Of a stretch of DNA of 64,000 bases, positions 1 through 13,300 are shown in pieces. The translations under genes and the position numbers were made by a program. Source of the stretch: Octopus sinensis (lineage: Eukaryota); contig NC_042999.1 of the NCBI RefSeq assembly GCF_006345805.1, positions 48,732,001 to 48,796,000 on the forward strand. Reading direction: 5' to 3'. A model generated the notes under the pieces. The model was not told the DNA's origin, did no database searches, and worked only from the letters and a program-made list of their open reading frames with translations. Position 1 is the stretch's first letter. Every line of letters starts with the position of its first letter.

Positions 1-1418
1 AAATACATTGCCTAAACCGGAAAGACTTGTCAAATAAGTTTTGGGTTGACGAACTTATTTCTTTCGTCTACATGTAGACATTATACTTTGCAGATCATTT
101 ATTTATCTTAGAAACTATCCGAATCTGAAAATGCCAGCATCAATTCGAAAGAGCATAGTTCATTGTTTGTGGAAAAAATAAAAACCAATGCCAAAAATTT
201 CAGAAGAGATGCTGAAAGCATTTACTGCAACCTGTTCCCCTTTTCATTTGTTTTAGGAATTCATTAGATTCTATTATATGTATTATGTTTCTTTTATCTA
301 CTAACATAACGGCATAAATTTGGCCTTTTTCTGCCTGGAGCTATTTACTTTCACATATAATGTGAGAGGCTTATTTGACTGCTTTGATATAAAATAACGA
401 ACATTAATGTTAGAAAATGTGGTAAAGGTAGCGTTTGATTGTCATGATCAATAAACATAATATCGAATACAATAGGAAGATGATTGATAAGATATATATG
501 GTAGCTTTCAGACGAAAAATAAAAAATAAAAATACATATTATGATTATAGGGAAGAACAAATGCAATGTATATTAATCATGAACGGTTTACATTTAAAAA
601 GAGAAAGGATATATATTTTAAATGTATTTTCAAAGAGGGAGGTTTCTCTCAGAAAAACGATAAATATTTTGCATAGACAAAAGCTAAAGAAAGAAATTTT
701 ATCAGTGAAAATTTTCTATACCATTCACAATTTCCAATATGGATTATTTTGATTTTAAAAAAATTATATTGCGCAATTATAATGTTGAGAATAAAACTGA
801 ATACCTGATGTAATATTTTGCGCGTGATCGTGTGTATATGTCTGTGATAGTTAGACACATACATACATAAATGCATATATACATGCATGCATATGAATAT
901 GTGTATACATAACTACTCACACACAGACACATATATAATATATATTAATAAATATATATATATATATACAAAATACATATGAATAAATAAACATATATAT
1001 ACATACATATACACATATAAATAGTATATATTCCACATATATATACATTTATATATACATATACTTATATATATATTCACCTAGATACATATCTGCATAT
1101 CAGAAATGTTTGTATTACAAATTCATAGTAGTATTTGTGACGATACCTGTACCGTAGAAACATTTTCATACACGTTAATAAACGAAGGCGAATTCATGTG
1201 CACGCGTGCGCAGCACACATATACACACGAACATACACACAAACACGTGCGCACACGTACATTCTCATACTCGTTAACATACTAACTGAAACGTATTTAT
1301 TGCATCATACCCATATAATAGCAATCAGGCACATAAACACAAACCGCCTTTTGAGCATATAACTCAAACGTTAGCGGGCGCCATATGTATGTATATATGT
1401 ATGTATGATGAATGTATG

Positions 1419-1467
<49 letters not shown>

Positions 1468-1497
1468 ATATATATATAATATATATATATATGTATG

Positions 1498-1528
<31 letters not shown>

Positions 1529-1577
1529 TATATATGTATGTATATATATATATATATCTATATATATATATATGTAT

Positions 1578-1609
<32 letters not shown>

Positions 1610-1615
1610 GTATGT

Positions 1616-1661
<46 letters not shown>

Positions 1662-1858
1662 GTATGTATATATATATATATATATATGTATATGTATGTA
1701 TACATATATACATATATATATCTCTCTCTATATATATATATGTATATGTATGTATGTATGTTTGTATATATATACGTATAATTGATACCAATAAATTGGT
1801 ATTATAGCTTATCGCATATCTACATATCTATACGTACATATACGCGCGCACCCATTCC

Positions 1859-1914
<56 letters not shown>

Positions 1915-2389
1915 GATATATATATATACATATACATATATACATATACATACATACATACATGCATACATACATACATGCATATATATATATGTACGTA
2001 TTTAGGTATGTATATTCATACATGAATACACATGTGTGTATTTGTGATTCTACGCTTCCGTGCATGTTTAAGAAATGAATAATAGAGTAGTTAGCATTGC
2101 ACTTATTCCATGTTTACAATTTTTTTCAATAAAGTCCAAGTTAGTAATCTCATATTACGTATGTAGATTTGACTGAGAGTAATATATAGACTTACTCATT
2201 ATTCTCCATCATTCAAAATTAGGTAAACGTGATTTCTAACTACGGTAAAAGCTTGGATTATCTAACTTTTTCTGATATATGAGTATCTATGCGTTCGTAT
2301 ATCTGAAAGCATATTGGGATCGCCAATACTTTATTATCTCCCCTTATTCCTAGCTATCCTGTATGACCCCTCTGTCCGGCATTCGCCAT

Positions 2390-2575
2390 GATAGATCGCT
2401 AGCCACTACATATTCTATAGTTTCTTTTGTTGTTTCTTTCTGTGTTCCTTTCTATAGAAGAGCGTAGGCTCGACACGTAAAATACTTTTTCACTTCCCGA
2501 GCGTTAAACTAATACATATGTTTGTTGCCTACACTACCTGTCTTTGTCATTTGTTTTTGTGAATTCTCCCGTATG
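2390..2575 (+). mobile_element. Penelope-like pLTR-type non-coding repeat, family 'GAAGAGCGTAGGCTCGAAACG', copy 1 (decayed hammerhead at 2448-2483)
   Basis: Homologous to 8448-8600 and 49990-50185. Motif reads ccttt-CTATAGA-a-gagc-gtag-gctc-GACA-cgt-a-aaat, with two core substitutions relative to the other copies. Confidence 0.6.
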
Positions 2576-3379
2576 AACATATATATATATATATTATATA
2601 TATACACACACACGTGTGTGTGTATGTGAGTATGTATGTATGCATGTAGATAGATATATACATGCATACATACATGCTTACATTAAAATTCACGTTTCAA
2701 TAAAAAGACGTTAGGGCATTTTCTGTCCCTTCTCAATATAAATGAAAATTTATACAAACCTTAAGCGAAATTTTCAAGGAAGTCTGAAATTGGCTTTGGT
2801 TCTATTTTATCGCATTCATATGATATAGAGCCCTAGCTATCATTCGTGTGTAACGTAATGCGTACGTAAATACAAACAAACAAATATTCATGCAGATACA
2901 GATATATAGCTATATACATACATTCATACATAAAAAACATACATAAATGCACTTCGATAAAGCATTCATCCAGACACCCAAATCAGTGGATCGTGATATG
3001 TTAAATTGTCGTCGGCCCAGGTTTGGCCAGATCCGTTTGTTTCAATAATTAATTTTGTTCGCAACAGCCGGTTCCTTTGGCCAACCTATCGTATCTGCAA
3101 CTGCTTCAGATGAAAACTATCAAAGTGTAGTACAACGGTTTAGCATTTTTCAAAAGTGTAGTAAGCCCCACATATGTCAGTTTTGCAAAAATTATATCTG
3201 ACTGAAAATATCATACGTGCATGGAGTTACGATTTTGTGTATTATAGAAACTGAAACTGTTGCTAATGTTAAAAGAAATTAAATAGTGAATCTATTCTTT
3301 TGTTTCCTGAAAAAGCAACGCTTTGGACTTACGACACTATTGCATAGTAGCAGCGACATATATAAATTATAAATATATG

Positions 3380-3411
<32 letters not shown>

Positions 3412-3421
3412 TATAATATAT

Positions 3422-3497
<76 letters not shown>

Positions 3498-3504
3498 CAT
3501 GTAT

Positions 3505-3790
3505 ATTTATATTATATAGAGGGTATTATTACACATAAATGTCACAGGCTAGGAGGGACTCCTAAAATCAAAACTACTAAAATAAATAAATATATCGCAC
3601 CGAATGCAACTCTCGAAGCAAGTCATTTAAAAACAGAATTTAGTTGCAGATCACCTGTGATTTCGTAATCAGTGCAGTTGTTTGCACTCTTAACTCATCG
3701 GTGGAAGCATAATTCAAGATTTATAACGAATGAACAAAAGCAACATACCAGACGAACAACCATCGTTGTATATAGAACAGTTATATATAC
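3505..3790 (-). mobile_element. Old diverged relative of the ~478-bp hammerhead repeat at 25-27 kb
   Basis: 3505-3665 aligns by eye (roughly 70%) to the array unit: 'tatagaggg(t/c)attattacacataaatg...ctaggagggac...gcaag(t/a)catttaaaaa...gaatttagtt...atcac...gtgatttc'. Starts directly after a (TA)n tract. Confidence 0.75.
3644..3706 (-). ncRNA. Decayed type I hammerhead ribozyme (core CCGAUGA, U4C)
   Basis: Minus strand: ttcca-CCGATGA-gttaagagtgcaaacaactgcactgattac-GAAA-tcac-ag-gtga-TC-tgcaa. Helix II has an agtgca/tgcact stem; helix I has one mismatch. Confidence 0.6.
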
Positions 3791-3795
3791 TACGG

Positions 3796-3831
<36 letters not shown>

Positions 3832-4829
3832 ATGTACGAATGTATGTGTGTGTGTGCATGTGTTTACATATACACAATGACATTTAACACATTCGAGAAG
3901 ACTCCAACGTGTATAAACTATTAGCTGAGGGAAGAATCTCGCGAGAAATTTGTCCTCTGAGAGAAAATATGTGAGGATATGTGTGGGGGCTATGTAGTCT
4001 ACAATAAATTACTCACTCGAATAGGCTTTGAATATAATATATTCATGTAAAATAGTATTCAATATATTCTTGCACACTCGAATGTGGGAATACACATACA
4101 TGCGCATGTTTGTCCGTTGTTCCACACAATTGCTTCGCTTATTCAACCAAATCCCGATTAATAATACGGGCATGTTGCTCTGCTACATTGTTCCATAGAG
4201 CTGCAGCGTAATTTCGCATATCTCTGTAAAACCTTTATTTCGTACGACCGGCAACATGCAAGCTAAAATATATAACAACAGAAAAAATACAGAAAGGAAA
4301 AAAATAAATAAGAAATATATATCTAGATATTTATTGGACATTTATATTGGACTGTAAGATAAATTCTTTCGTTTCGTTCTAATATCAGATGAAGAAGCAT
4401 CGAAAAATAATCTTTTTGCGTACTGGGTTCGATCTAATCGACTGGCCTTCCCACTCCCCCAAAACCTCGGGCATTTGCCTAGAGTAGAAAATTATGTTTC
4501 TCAATCGGTTTGAAAAATCGAATGAATTTCATATCTTTTGAAATATATGTCGATGGAGTGCCTAGTAGACAAAAATGAGTATGTTCAATATCTGCTTTTC
4601 TTCGCATTCAAAGTTCTAAATTAATCAAAGCGGTTCGAGATATTAATGTATGCAACGAAGACGCTATAGAACTGGTCTTCATGCTTCATGGAGGAGAAAT
4701 TGCCTCACTGAATTTACGTGTTTTGGCAAACCTGATCAGCTCAAATAGATTTGAGTGAACCACTTGATTATGTTTTCAATGGAGAATTTACCCTACAGGT
4801 GTGATGTAGTTATGCTATCGTGGCCAGTT

Positions 4830-5300
4830 GCTTTCATTCGATAGGGAACATACAAAAACGTGTTGCACGTTTACTGCACGCTCTGAATAGAACATATAAT
4901 TTTCAGTGATCCCCTATGACTGCAAGTTCATTTGCTCAAAGCCAGGTTTCTTGGGGATAGAAACCGATTTTCTACTGCCTGGTCACTAGCTTTGGAAAAT
5001 GGTACCCTTGAAGCAGAGAGGTAATGGGTTGGGCTCAGCTAAGTAAGCAGCAGCTTGAGCCAAGCCAAATCTGCATTTTCAGAAGATAATGATTTGTACT
5101 TTGTGGAACTGAGATCGACTCATCCACTATAAAATATTTGGAAAGAAGCGTACAATGAATGCCAAGATTTACATTTATGAAATAAAACCTCTCATTTGTC
5201 AAAGGACATGATTCAGCTGAAACAATTGAACTGGCGATTGGTATATTCGTTCTCAGGACAACGCTTGTTCCAACGTCGCTAATTTTACCACAGATATTAT
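4830..5300 (-). pseudogene. Decayed 3' end of a non-LTR retrotransposon with restriction-like endonuclease (CRE-like)
   Basis: Minus-strand translation fragments 'LAQAAAYLAE...LLQGYHF...AVIGDH*KLYVLFRACSKRATRFCMFP' resemble the C-terminus of CRE-type ORFs (AA..AE..K..KY; TGD.RE..YLFQRLS.A.QRGN). Many stops and frameshifts. Confidence 0.4.
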
Positions 5301-5349
5301 TCAACATCTCATTTTGATGGTTCTACTGCCCTAACGTTATTCTCATGAT

Positions 5350-5590
5350 TATATAATTTTCGACGCCTTTCGTTCAACAACGATGTGGAATTATAAAACT
5401 TGTCTTGATGAATTCTTCGAGAGAAGACCGGGTGACTTTTACCTTTAGGTCATTGACAAGCTAATGGACCTTTTGTAAGGAGTGGTGAACAAAGATGAAG
5501 AATGTATTGGTTCAATTCTTAAAATTATTCATGAACAATAACGATGATAATAAATCAAAAACGAAACAATTTATGTGACAACTCTACATA
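5350..5590 (+). mobile_element. mariner transposase C-terminal fossil
   Basis: Translation 'FNNDVEL*NCLDEFFERRPGDFYL*VIDKLMDLL*GVVNKDEECIG' matches the mariner C-terminus pattern (F....L..WLDEFF..KP..FY..GI.KL..RW..VV...GEY). Confidence 0.65.
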
Positions 5591-6254
5591 CTTAACCTAA
5601 TCAGAAACTGGATGAGAAGCAGTGAGAATAATTTAGTTTGGGAATTGCTTTCTCTTTCGGATATGCTTCCGCAGTACAGTTCTTTTCATGTTGATTTGGT
5701 ACAAGATACCTCGGAGTGACAATTTTATTACTAATCAAATCCTTTCCCTCTAGACTACTTTTATGGAATATAAAATAGCAGTCAGAATCTTCAGAAATTT
5801 TTCAATAAATAAAAGAAAAAATAATTTTGTAGATCATCTAGTGTAATTTTTATTTCAAGATTGCTTTAAACTCGAACAAAAATACGTTGCCTGTCAAAAT
5901 TTTTTCAATGAATTCACGTAAGGAAAGGTGTTATATAGACACATAGAAAGGTTACAGGGACATTTCGACGTGAAGAGAACCCGCAGATTCCAGCGAAAAA
6001 TTGAATTTTAAATCAATTAGACACTGCGCGAGGGGATTTTTTTAAAACACTTTACGTTGTAAATGGACTTTCTCAGGGCGACATATGGAAAACTTAAAGC
6101 CATTAAAGAAAAAAAAACACTCATTAATATGTGACATCAGTGATATTTACAGTATTAGAAATGCGCCTCACCACAAGTTTAATATATGAGTGTATTAATT
6201 TATTTATGCATTCATATATATAAATAGATATAGATATATACATACACACACACT

Positions 6255-6294
<40 letters not shown>

Positions 6295-6295
<1 letters not shown>

Positions 6296-6712
6296 GAAAA
6301 ACAAGTACGAAAATGCCACTTTCTAAGAATTGGATACATTTAAAATTTCCTTATAAACCTTATCAAAAATATGTACTAAAATGGAACATGTAAAGAGAAA
6401 ATAACTATTTAAAAAATAATGTAAAATTAAGATTAGCATCCATAGTTATTTTCCTTTTTCCGCAAGAACATGTGATAATATCCTTTGGTTCTGGTAGCAT
6501 AAGTTCAACTGACAGTGACCGCAGATTACTACTATCTGACTTTGTAAATTGAATGATGTGATCAAGACTTGTTGTATTAGGAGTGGCTGCAGCAGTCAAA
6601 TAACTAGTAACAGTAATAATAATTGTTATCGTGGTGAAGTTGTTCTTCCTGGGATTTTAATAGAAATCTGGTTCTTCGATCCGCTTGTCTTTATTTCTTA
6701 TACACACACTCA
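6295..6712 (-). repeat. Left arm of an old ~420-bp inverted repeat (partner 7862-8300)
   Basis: Reverse complement aligns to 7862-8300, e.g. 'gatttctattaaaa', 'acttcaccacga', 'attcaatttaca', 'agttgaactt', 'cagaaccaaaggata.tatcacatgttcttgc'. Roughly 75% identity by eye. Confidence 0.85.
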
Positions 6713-6773
6713 CCCGTATAAACATATATATATATATGCACAAACACACATAGACATACCTATATATAGCTAT

Positions 6774-7070
6774 GGAGGCGCAATAGCCCAGTGGTTAGGT
6801 CAGCGGACTCGCGGTCGGAGGATGGCTTCGATTCCCAGATCTTGCGTTGTGTGTTTATTGAGCGAAAACATCTAAAAGCTCCACGAGGCTCCGACAGGGA
6901 GTGGTGACGACCCTTGTTGTACTCTTGCGCTAAAACTTTCTCTCACTCTCTCTTCCTGCTTCTTCAGTGACCCTGCGATGGACTGGCGTCCCGTCCAACT
7001 GGGGGAACACATACGCCAGAGAAACCGGGAATCTGTGCCAATGAGCCTGGGTAGGCTTGAAAAGTGCGAC
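6774..7070 (+). mobile_element. tRNA-derived SINE (family A)
   Basis: A-box-like 'ggaggcgcaatagcccagtggttagg' and B-box-like 'gcttcgattccc'; central 'ccctgcgatggactggcgtcccgtcca'. Second copy at 30073. Confidence 0.85.
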
Positions 7071-7192
7071 GTTTATCGTTTTTTTTTATATACCTATATA
7101 CATATATATATACAGACGCACATATACATGCATAAATACACTAAATACACACATGCACATACATTCACAGATAGGTATATAATATATATATG

Positions 7193-7256
<64 letters not shown>

Positions 7257-7279
7257 ATATAATATATATATATGTATAT

Positions 7280-7521
7280 GTATATAATATATATATACAA
7301 GAAAAAAGCAACAAAAATGGACCAATATTTCGGTACAACTGTTTCGTACGAAGACCACCTTTATTAAGGCTGCAAATATTGCAGCAAATACAAGTGACCC
7401 GTACTCATCAGCCGAAAAAACATCTGAGTTCTCAAAACATCTAAGGGGGTGAGGATAGAATTGTTTCGTACGAGGACGAAACAATTGTACCGATATTTTA
7501 ATCTATTCTTGTTGCTTTTTT

Positions 7522-7523
<2 letters not shown>
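7280..7523. mobile_element. Short hammerhead-bearing PLE-like insertion with an inverted partial copy, flanked by (TA)n on both sides
   Basis: 7280-7347 and 7476-7523 are inverted copies. The right one carries only the hammerhead 3' half (GAAA-caattg-TA-ccga, 7478-7493), preceded by the mini-palindrome ttgtttcgt-acgagg-acgaaacaa. Confidence 0.75.
7329..7416 (-). ncRNA. Type I hammerhead ribozyme with long helix II
   Basis: Minus strand: ttcgg-CTGATGA-gtacg...(ggtcac/gtggtc; gctgca-atatt-tgcagc)...cgtac-GAAA-cagttg-TA-ccgaa. Helix I is 5 bp, the core is canonical and helix III is quasi-palindromic. Confidence 0.9.
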
Positions 7524-7618
<95 letters not shown>

Positions 7619-7689
7619 TGTGTGTGTATGTATATATGTATCTACATATATATATATTATATATATATATATATATATTATTAATTATA

Positions 7690-7724
<35 letters not shown>

Positions 7725-7791
7725 GTTGGTATATGTACATGCATGTATGTATATGTATATTTCTATTTGAGTGTGTGAATGTATCAATGCG

Positions 7792-7846
<55 letters not shown>

Positions 7847-7861
7847 TTATACGGGTGAGTG

Positions 7862-8300
7862 TATGTATAAGACATAAAAACTAAGCGTCGAGGAACCCGA
7901 TTTCTATTAAAACCCCAGAGGCAACTACTTCACCACGAACACTATTATTATTACTGCTGTTATTTATTCGACGGCTACAGTCACTCTTAAGAAAATAAGT
8001 CGTGACCACACAATTCAATTTACACTGACAGATATTTATAATTTGCGGTCACAGTTAGTTGAACTTGTCATGCTATCAGAACCAAAGGATAGTATCACAT
8101 GTTCTTGCAGGAAAAAGGAATGTAAACTATGATTGTTAATCTTAATTTTAAATTAAATTTAATTTTCTAATAGTTCTTTTCTCCTTACACATTCCATTTT
8201 AGTACATATTTTTGAGAAAGCTTTTCAAAAACTGAAACATGTTGAAGGTTAATTAAAATGCACACAATTTTAAGAAAGTAGCATTTTCGTGCTTGTTTTT
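7862..8300 (+). repeat. Right arm of the old ~420-bp inverted repeat (partner 6295-6712)
   Basis: See left arm. Both arms start and end at TA/TG microsatellite. Confidence 0.85.
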
Positions 8301-8369
8301 CATAAATATCTACATTCGTGTTATCTCTACAAATCTTTTCGTACATACATATATACATACATACATTAC

Positions 8370-8442
<73 letters not shown>

Positions 8443-8503
8443 TATATAGCCACTACACCCATTTTTGTCTCTCCTTGCTTCCCTCCTTGTGTTTTCAGTG
8501 CCC

Positions 8504-8539
8504 CTTTCTGTAGAAGAGCGTAGGCTCGAAACGTAAAAG
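8504..8539 (+). ncRNA. Minimal type I hammerhead-like motif, U6 variant (CUGUAGA), in pLTR-type repeat 8448-8600
   Basis: cttt-CTGTAGA-a-gagc-gtag-gctc-GAAA-cg-TA-aaag. Helix I cttt/aaag, helix II gagc/gctc, palindromic helix III ACGT. Confidence 0.6.
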
Positions 8540-8594
8540 ACCTCTTGTTTTGTACACCACCTGTCTTCGTCTTTTATTTTGATTCGTAAACTCT

Positions 8595-8631
<37 letters not shown>

Positions 8632-8739
8632 AGTGTGTGTGTGTGCGTGTGTGTTCTTGGCGTTGCTGTATAAAAGAAGCAGGAATATTTTGGCGATAAT
8701 GATGAAGTTAGTGTCATCTTAGATGAGAAGTGAACGACA

Positions 8740-9660
8740 TTTAAGATGTTTCACAATGTTGACATGCTAGCGAACAGGACAATGGCCTTTCGATATAAAC
8801 ACCTGTTCGCTGACATGTCAACATTTGGCAACTTGTGAAGTGCCTTTCGCTTTTCTTCTAAGATAAGATTAATTTCTTCATCGATTTCATCAAGCCAATC
8901 TTGGTGCTTTGGGCTTCCATTTTCCATCACTGGCCAAATTCTTATCTCACTCAGAATCTCCTTGTGTACTAACGGTATCTTAAGATTATTCACATCAATC
9001 TGTTTTGGCAACTTTTTATTATTTGCTCTAACCTTAGGCTTGACAAGAAAATTCGCCTTGGCACGCAAAAGCCTATAGTCGGTCCTTCACTCTGCTCCAT
9101 GCATAGATACATACGTACATACCTTAGCAAAGTCCCTAGTATCTCGTTTTCTAGTGAGAATGTAATGTATAAGATGCCTTTTCTTAGAACCAGGGTGCAT
9201 CCACGTCTTTTATACTTATTTTTTAGTTGAAACATCGTGTTCATGATACACAAATTCACCTCTAAGCACATCTGTAATAGTAGTAAGCCATTACTGTTGT
9301 AACCCCTACCGCATACCTTCCTAAGACACCACAGGTCTCAATCTGCACCAAGAAGCGATTTAAATCACCGAAAATAACAACTGCGTCATCAGGAGAATTC
9401 ATAGCTGGAACATATGTATTCATGAGTGTTGCATAACGGCCTTTTCTTAACGGAAGTCTTGAAGGCATCAAACAATCTGTATCCTTATATTGTCGAACAG
9501 GGGAGTGTAGCCAACTGGAGACGATTTCTCCTGGGGCTAAAAAACAGTAGCATTCCTCCCAACCGAGACTGCCAGACGGGTATATTTTCGAACGGGTGTT
9601 CAGCAGTGCCATCTCAGTCAAACGGTTATTATGTACCCATGAAAGGAAATAACCCTGAAA
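8740..9660 (-). pseudogene. Decayed RTE-type LINE: AP endonuclease and linker
   Basis: ORF-track peptides 'RLPLRKGRYATLMNTYVPAMNSPDDAVVIFGDLN' (APE; cf. RLPL..GRYATLISAYAPT...ILGDFN) and 'KHQDWLDEIDEEINLILEEKRKA'. Frameshifted. Confidence 0.8.
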
Positions 9661-10555
9661 CAGTGCAATCCAAATATTCGGCTTTGCACTGGGTGGTAGT
9701 TCTAATTCCCATGTTCGAAAATATAAGGATACAGATCGTGTATCTTATAGCCAGCTGCAGACAATGTCTCTTAAGGCTAAACCACAGAAGCCTAGACTGC
9801 CAGATTAAGTTGGTAAATGATATTTAATATACAGCTACTGATTGATAGATACATACATACGTAGATACATACATTCATACATAGACGGATAGGTAGATTG
9901 ATAGATACACACGTACATACATACACATACTCAGCTACATAGATGCATGCATACTTACATACATCCACCTATACATACATACATACATACATACATACAT
10001 ACATACATACATACATACATACATACATAAACAGACAGTAATTATAATTTGCAAGAACTCCACAGATTTCAACTTAGATGTAACTGTGTAGTCTTTTGGG
10101 TGGAAATCCTGCATAGAACGTCTCTCTCGTCCCAACTGATGGGAGAGAGGACAATGCTTGCAGTCAAGTGGATCCGATTTAACCACAGTAGTACCCAGTG
10201 ATATTGTACCTTCCACAATGTGAGTACGCTTTTGCCGGGGTCCAGGAACTCTCTAGAATGGTTTATCATTTTGAGGCCATGACAACAACGACCAGGCTAA
10301 TAGTCTTTAACATCGACATACATGCACACACACTATACCCCCACAGAGAGATACACACGTACATTCATCAATGAATATTTATCTCTCCATCAATCTAGCT
10401 GTTCATCTCTCTCTCTCTCTCTCTCTATCTGTCTACTTATTTATCTTTCTTTATTTCTATCTATTCAACTAATTATTTATCTATCTATTTATTTATATAC
10501 AAACATATATATTGATATGTGTGCATATATATGTATATATATATATACATACATG

Positions 10556-10622
<67 letters not shown>

Positions 10623-11699
10623 ATATATATATATATATACAGAGAGACATGGGGGAATAGATAAGTAGATAGATAGATAGATAGATAACGATCTGCATAT
10701 GCACATCAAGCTGAATAACATACACACCTTTCTATATGCATATAATCACAGCTCGTGTTTTCAGGCAAAGGAAGCTTCTTTTTGATAAACCCAGCAAGCT
10801 ATTCACGAATATGTGAGTCAGGTGTATAATAAACAGTTGAGATACATTATACGTAATTTATAATACTCTTATTGTTTATTTTTGCAATCAAAGCATATTT
10901 AATAATAACAGTTATTATGAAATATCTCGACTTTTTTGTAGTTACCTAACCTAACTCGAAGCTTATATTTAATTGAAACTTAAAGAAAGAAGGTATCAAG
11001 TTCTACAGATCTCAAAATATCTGTGTAATAACTCTTCTCAGAAACTGGTTTATTCTTGAAAGTACGCTTCATATATTTTCTGTCTTATATTTGGTAAGTA
11101 GCTTTAATCAAATACGGAGAATAATATTGGCAAGCATCTACAAACATGACTATGTAAAACTATTGTGTATAGTTAATAATTCTTAACGACCAGTTCTCTT
11201 TGTACACATGGCTTGCTATAGTCATAACATTGCCGGAAAAGAAGTCTACTATTTTGATGTTCTATATAGCAAAAGAAATTTATTATTGCATACAGACAAT
11301 GTAGATATAAATAAAGACATAAACAAGCTTTTATTTCCCTACTTTATAAAATAAATGTAGCAACTTTAATACTTAAATCTATAAAATCTAATGCATTTTG
11401 ATGGGGCAGTTCCTGAAGAAGTCTAGATAGGTAATTACCAATCATTGTTTTACATAAATGGAGCACTTCCTCTTTGTATTCTTTACTTTTGTCATATATC
11501 GATTAGAATAGTGCTTCTAAAACGATGAAATTTTTGTATAATATTAGTACTCCCTAACAGAATATCAATCAGAAATCATAGTTAGCGATGTATGTTTATA
11601 GACCGAAATAAAAATGTGTTTTTATTGGTTCAATTGATACCCCATTCCATCATATAATTAAGGTGAAGAAACATTAACTGAAAGGGAGAAAAGTGAATA

Positions 11700-13300
11700 A
11701 CTGTAGTTTCATCAATAATTAAAGGAACACAAAGTCGACAATAGCACAGGGAGATTTATCGTCGTTTGAGATGAGCCTTGTGGGTAGCTTGATACAGTTG
11801 TTTTTAATGGGCGGTTTATAGTTGATGTAATTATAACAGGTAGTGAGAAAGTCTACAGCAGGCGACAACATCCGGGTGAGTTACTTAGGGATATGTTTGT
11901 TACAAAACAAAGACGTTGGGTAAGTCATGTGAGTTAGGCTAGTAAATTTGTAGGAGTAAACATATGTCGGGAAGGCGTTTGTATTAAAAAGGCAATTTCG
12001 TGCCTCTTTGGAGAAGACGAAATATGAGTTGATATATATTGGTAGAGACAATCTCTCTGCCAACATGGAAGTTGTTTTTTGAACATGTATTTCAATTCAT
12101 TTTCATTTAGTTCTGTTGTCGGTAGAGAAGCACACAGTTTACTCACGCGCAGCTTCGCTATCAGTTACTTTGATCCTCTTCTACTGAACAGTCAAAGTGA
12201 AGCCGACGGAGAAAGGAAACCTTTACAGTTCTAATAATGGAAATATTACAGTTCTAATAATGGCAATAATGCGACAAGAAATTGTCATGGCTACGGGACC
12301 TTCATAATGGACCCTTACAGAGCAACTGTTGGAGCCATGGCCGGCACTACATGTTGTGAACGGGAGACCGGATTCCCAAATGTGGCCAGCCACGGACCGG
12401 TTTTCAGAGCATAAATTGTTCAAATTGTTCTAATCAGTAGTAGAGCTAAGGTAATACCAGAGAGTGCATGCATCCTTATCCGTAGTCAGACCTGTGTTCT
12501 TATCCACTAGTAAGGAGGTAACAAATAGTTGGTAGCAGTGAAAGAGGAACTCGTTCCTAAGATTTTGATTGGCAATATCTAATCATATAACACCAGGATT
12601 ATAATGACTCAGGTGAAGGGGCTACCGAAACGGAACGCACCCAATCTGAATGGATTTCTAATTTTCTGGGTGACAGTATACAAGAATATAATGGGGATAG
12701 TGTCTTTTCACCAGCACTGTGATTTTGATAGTGTGGATCTGGAACTTGTCTTAATGGCCGAATTTCGAACAAAGCATATATAGGAAAGATTGTCCAAGGG
12801 TTCCGTTGTCTTTAGTTGCTGTTATCATAAAAGCTGTAAGGCAATTAAATACCCGTATAATTTCTATAAACGCCTTTTACTTTAGGAAAAGAATGGCCCT
12901 GGTCACGTTGACCATTTCTTAGTTAATTTCGTCAGGAGAAATGTAAATGCCTCATGATGCTTTACAAAGATGATGATATACGTTTACTAAAACTTATTGC
13001 TTGAAAACGTTTTTACTGTTTGTTTAGAGATATGAATTAGGCTCAATCTGGTATATTTTGTTCGGTTTTAGAGTTCGCGATCCCCACTAATAAAAGAATC
13101 ATTAGTGGGGAACCGAAGATGTTAACAGCATCTGAGCTTCCTAGGGTGTCACCAAACTAAAGTAGGAACTACGCATGATCTTGCTTGAAATTGGTGACCG
13201 GCAAGAAACTGTCTTCTGAACGTCAGGGTGTCATAATGTTTAAGGAGCATATAAGGAACAATGAGCCATATGTACTCTAGAAGACAGATACTGAAACTTC
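11700..13300 (-). pseudogene. Highly decayed LINE-like RT fossil (tentative)
   Basis: Scattered minus-strand motifs in the expected order: 'FPKVKGVYRNYTGI*L' (PKKGD..NYRGISL), 'IHTIKITVLVKRHYPHYILVY', 'DYG*GCMHSLVLP' (GVRQGC.LSP.LF). No clear YADD. Confidence 0.3.

Noticed and set aside
435-752. 105-aa K/I/N-rich ORF
   Set aside because: Alternative start codon, AT-rich compositional bias and no recognisable domain.
1135-1175. GTGACGA-tac...gta-GAAA motif
   Set aside because: C3 is substituted and helix III is absent.
1364-2078. Long YI/IY/HT/CV-repeat ORFs here and at many other (TA)n/(CA)n tracts
   Set aside because: They are translations of dinucleotide microsatellites, open in several frames on both strands, and not genes.
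6774-6850. tRNA gene calls at SINE heads (also 18926, 30073, 51760-51831, 61031)
   Set aside because: A/B boxes run into SINE bodies and no complete cloverleaf is evident; these are tRNA-derived SINEs.
13081-13160. Hairpin followed by CTAG as a Helitron 3' end
   Set aside because: The hairpin is about 30 nt from the CTAG (more than typical), and no matching 5' TC end or Rep/helicase remnant was found.
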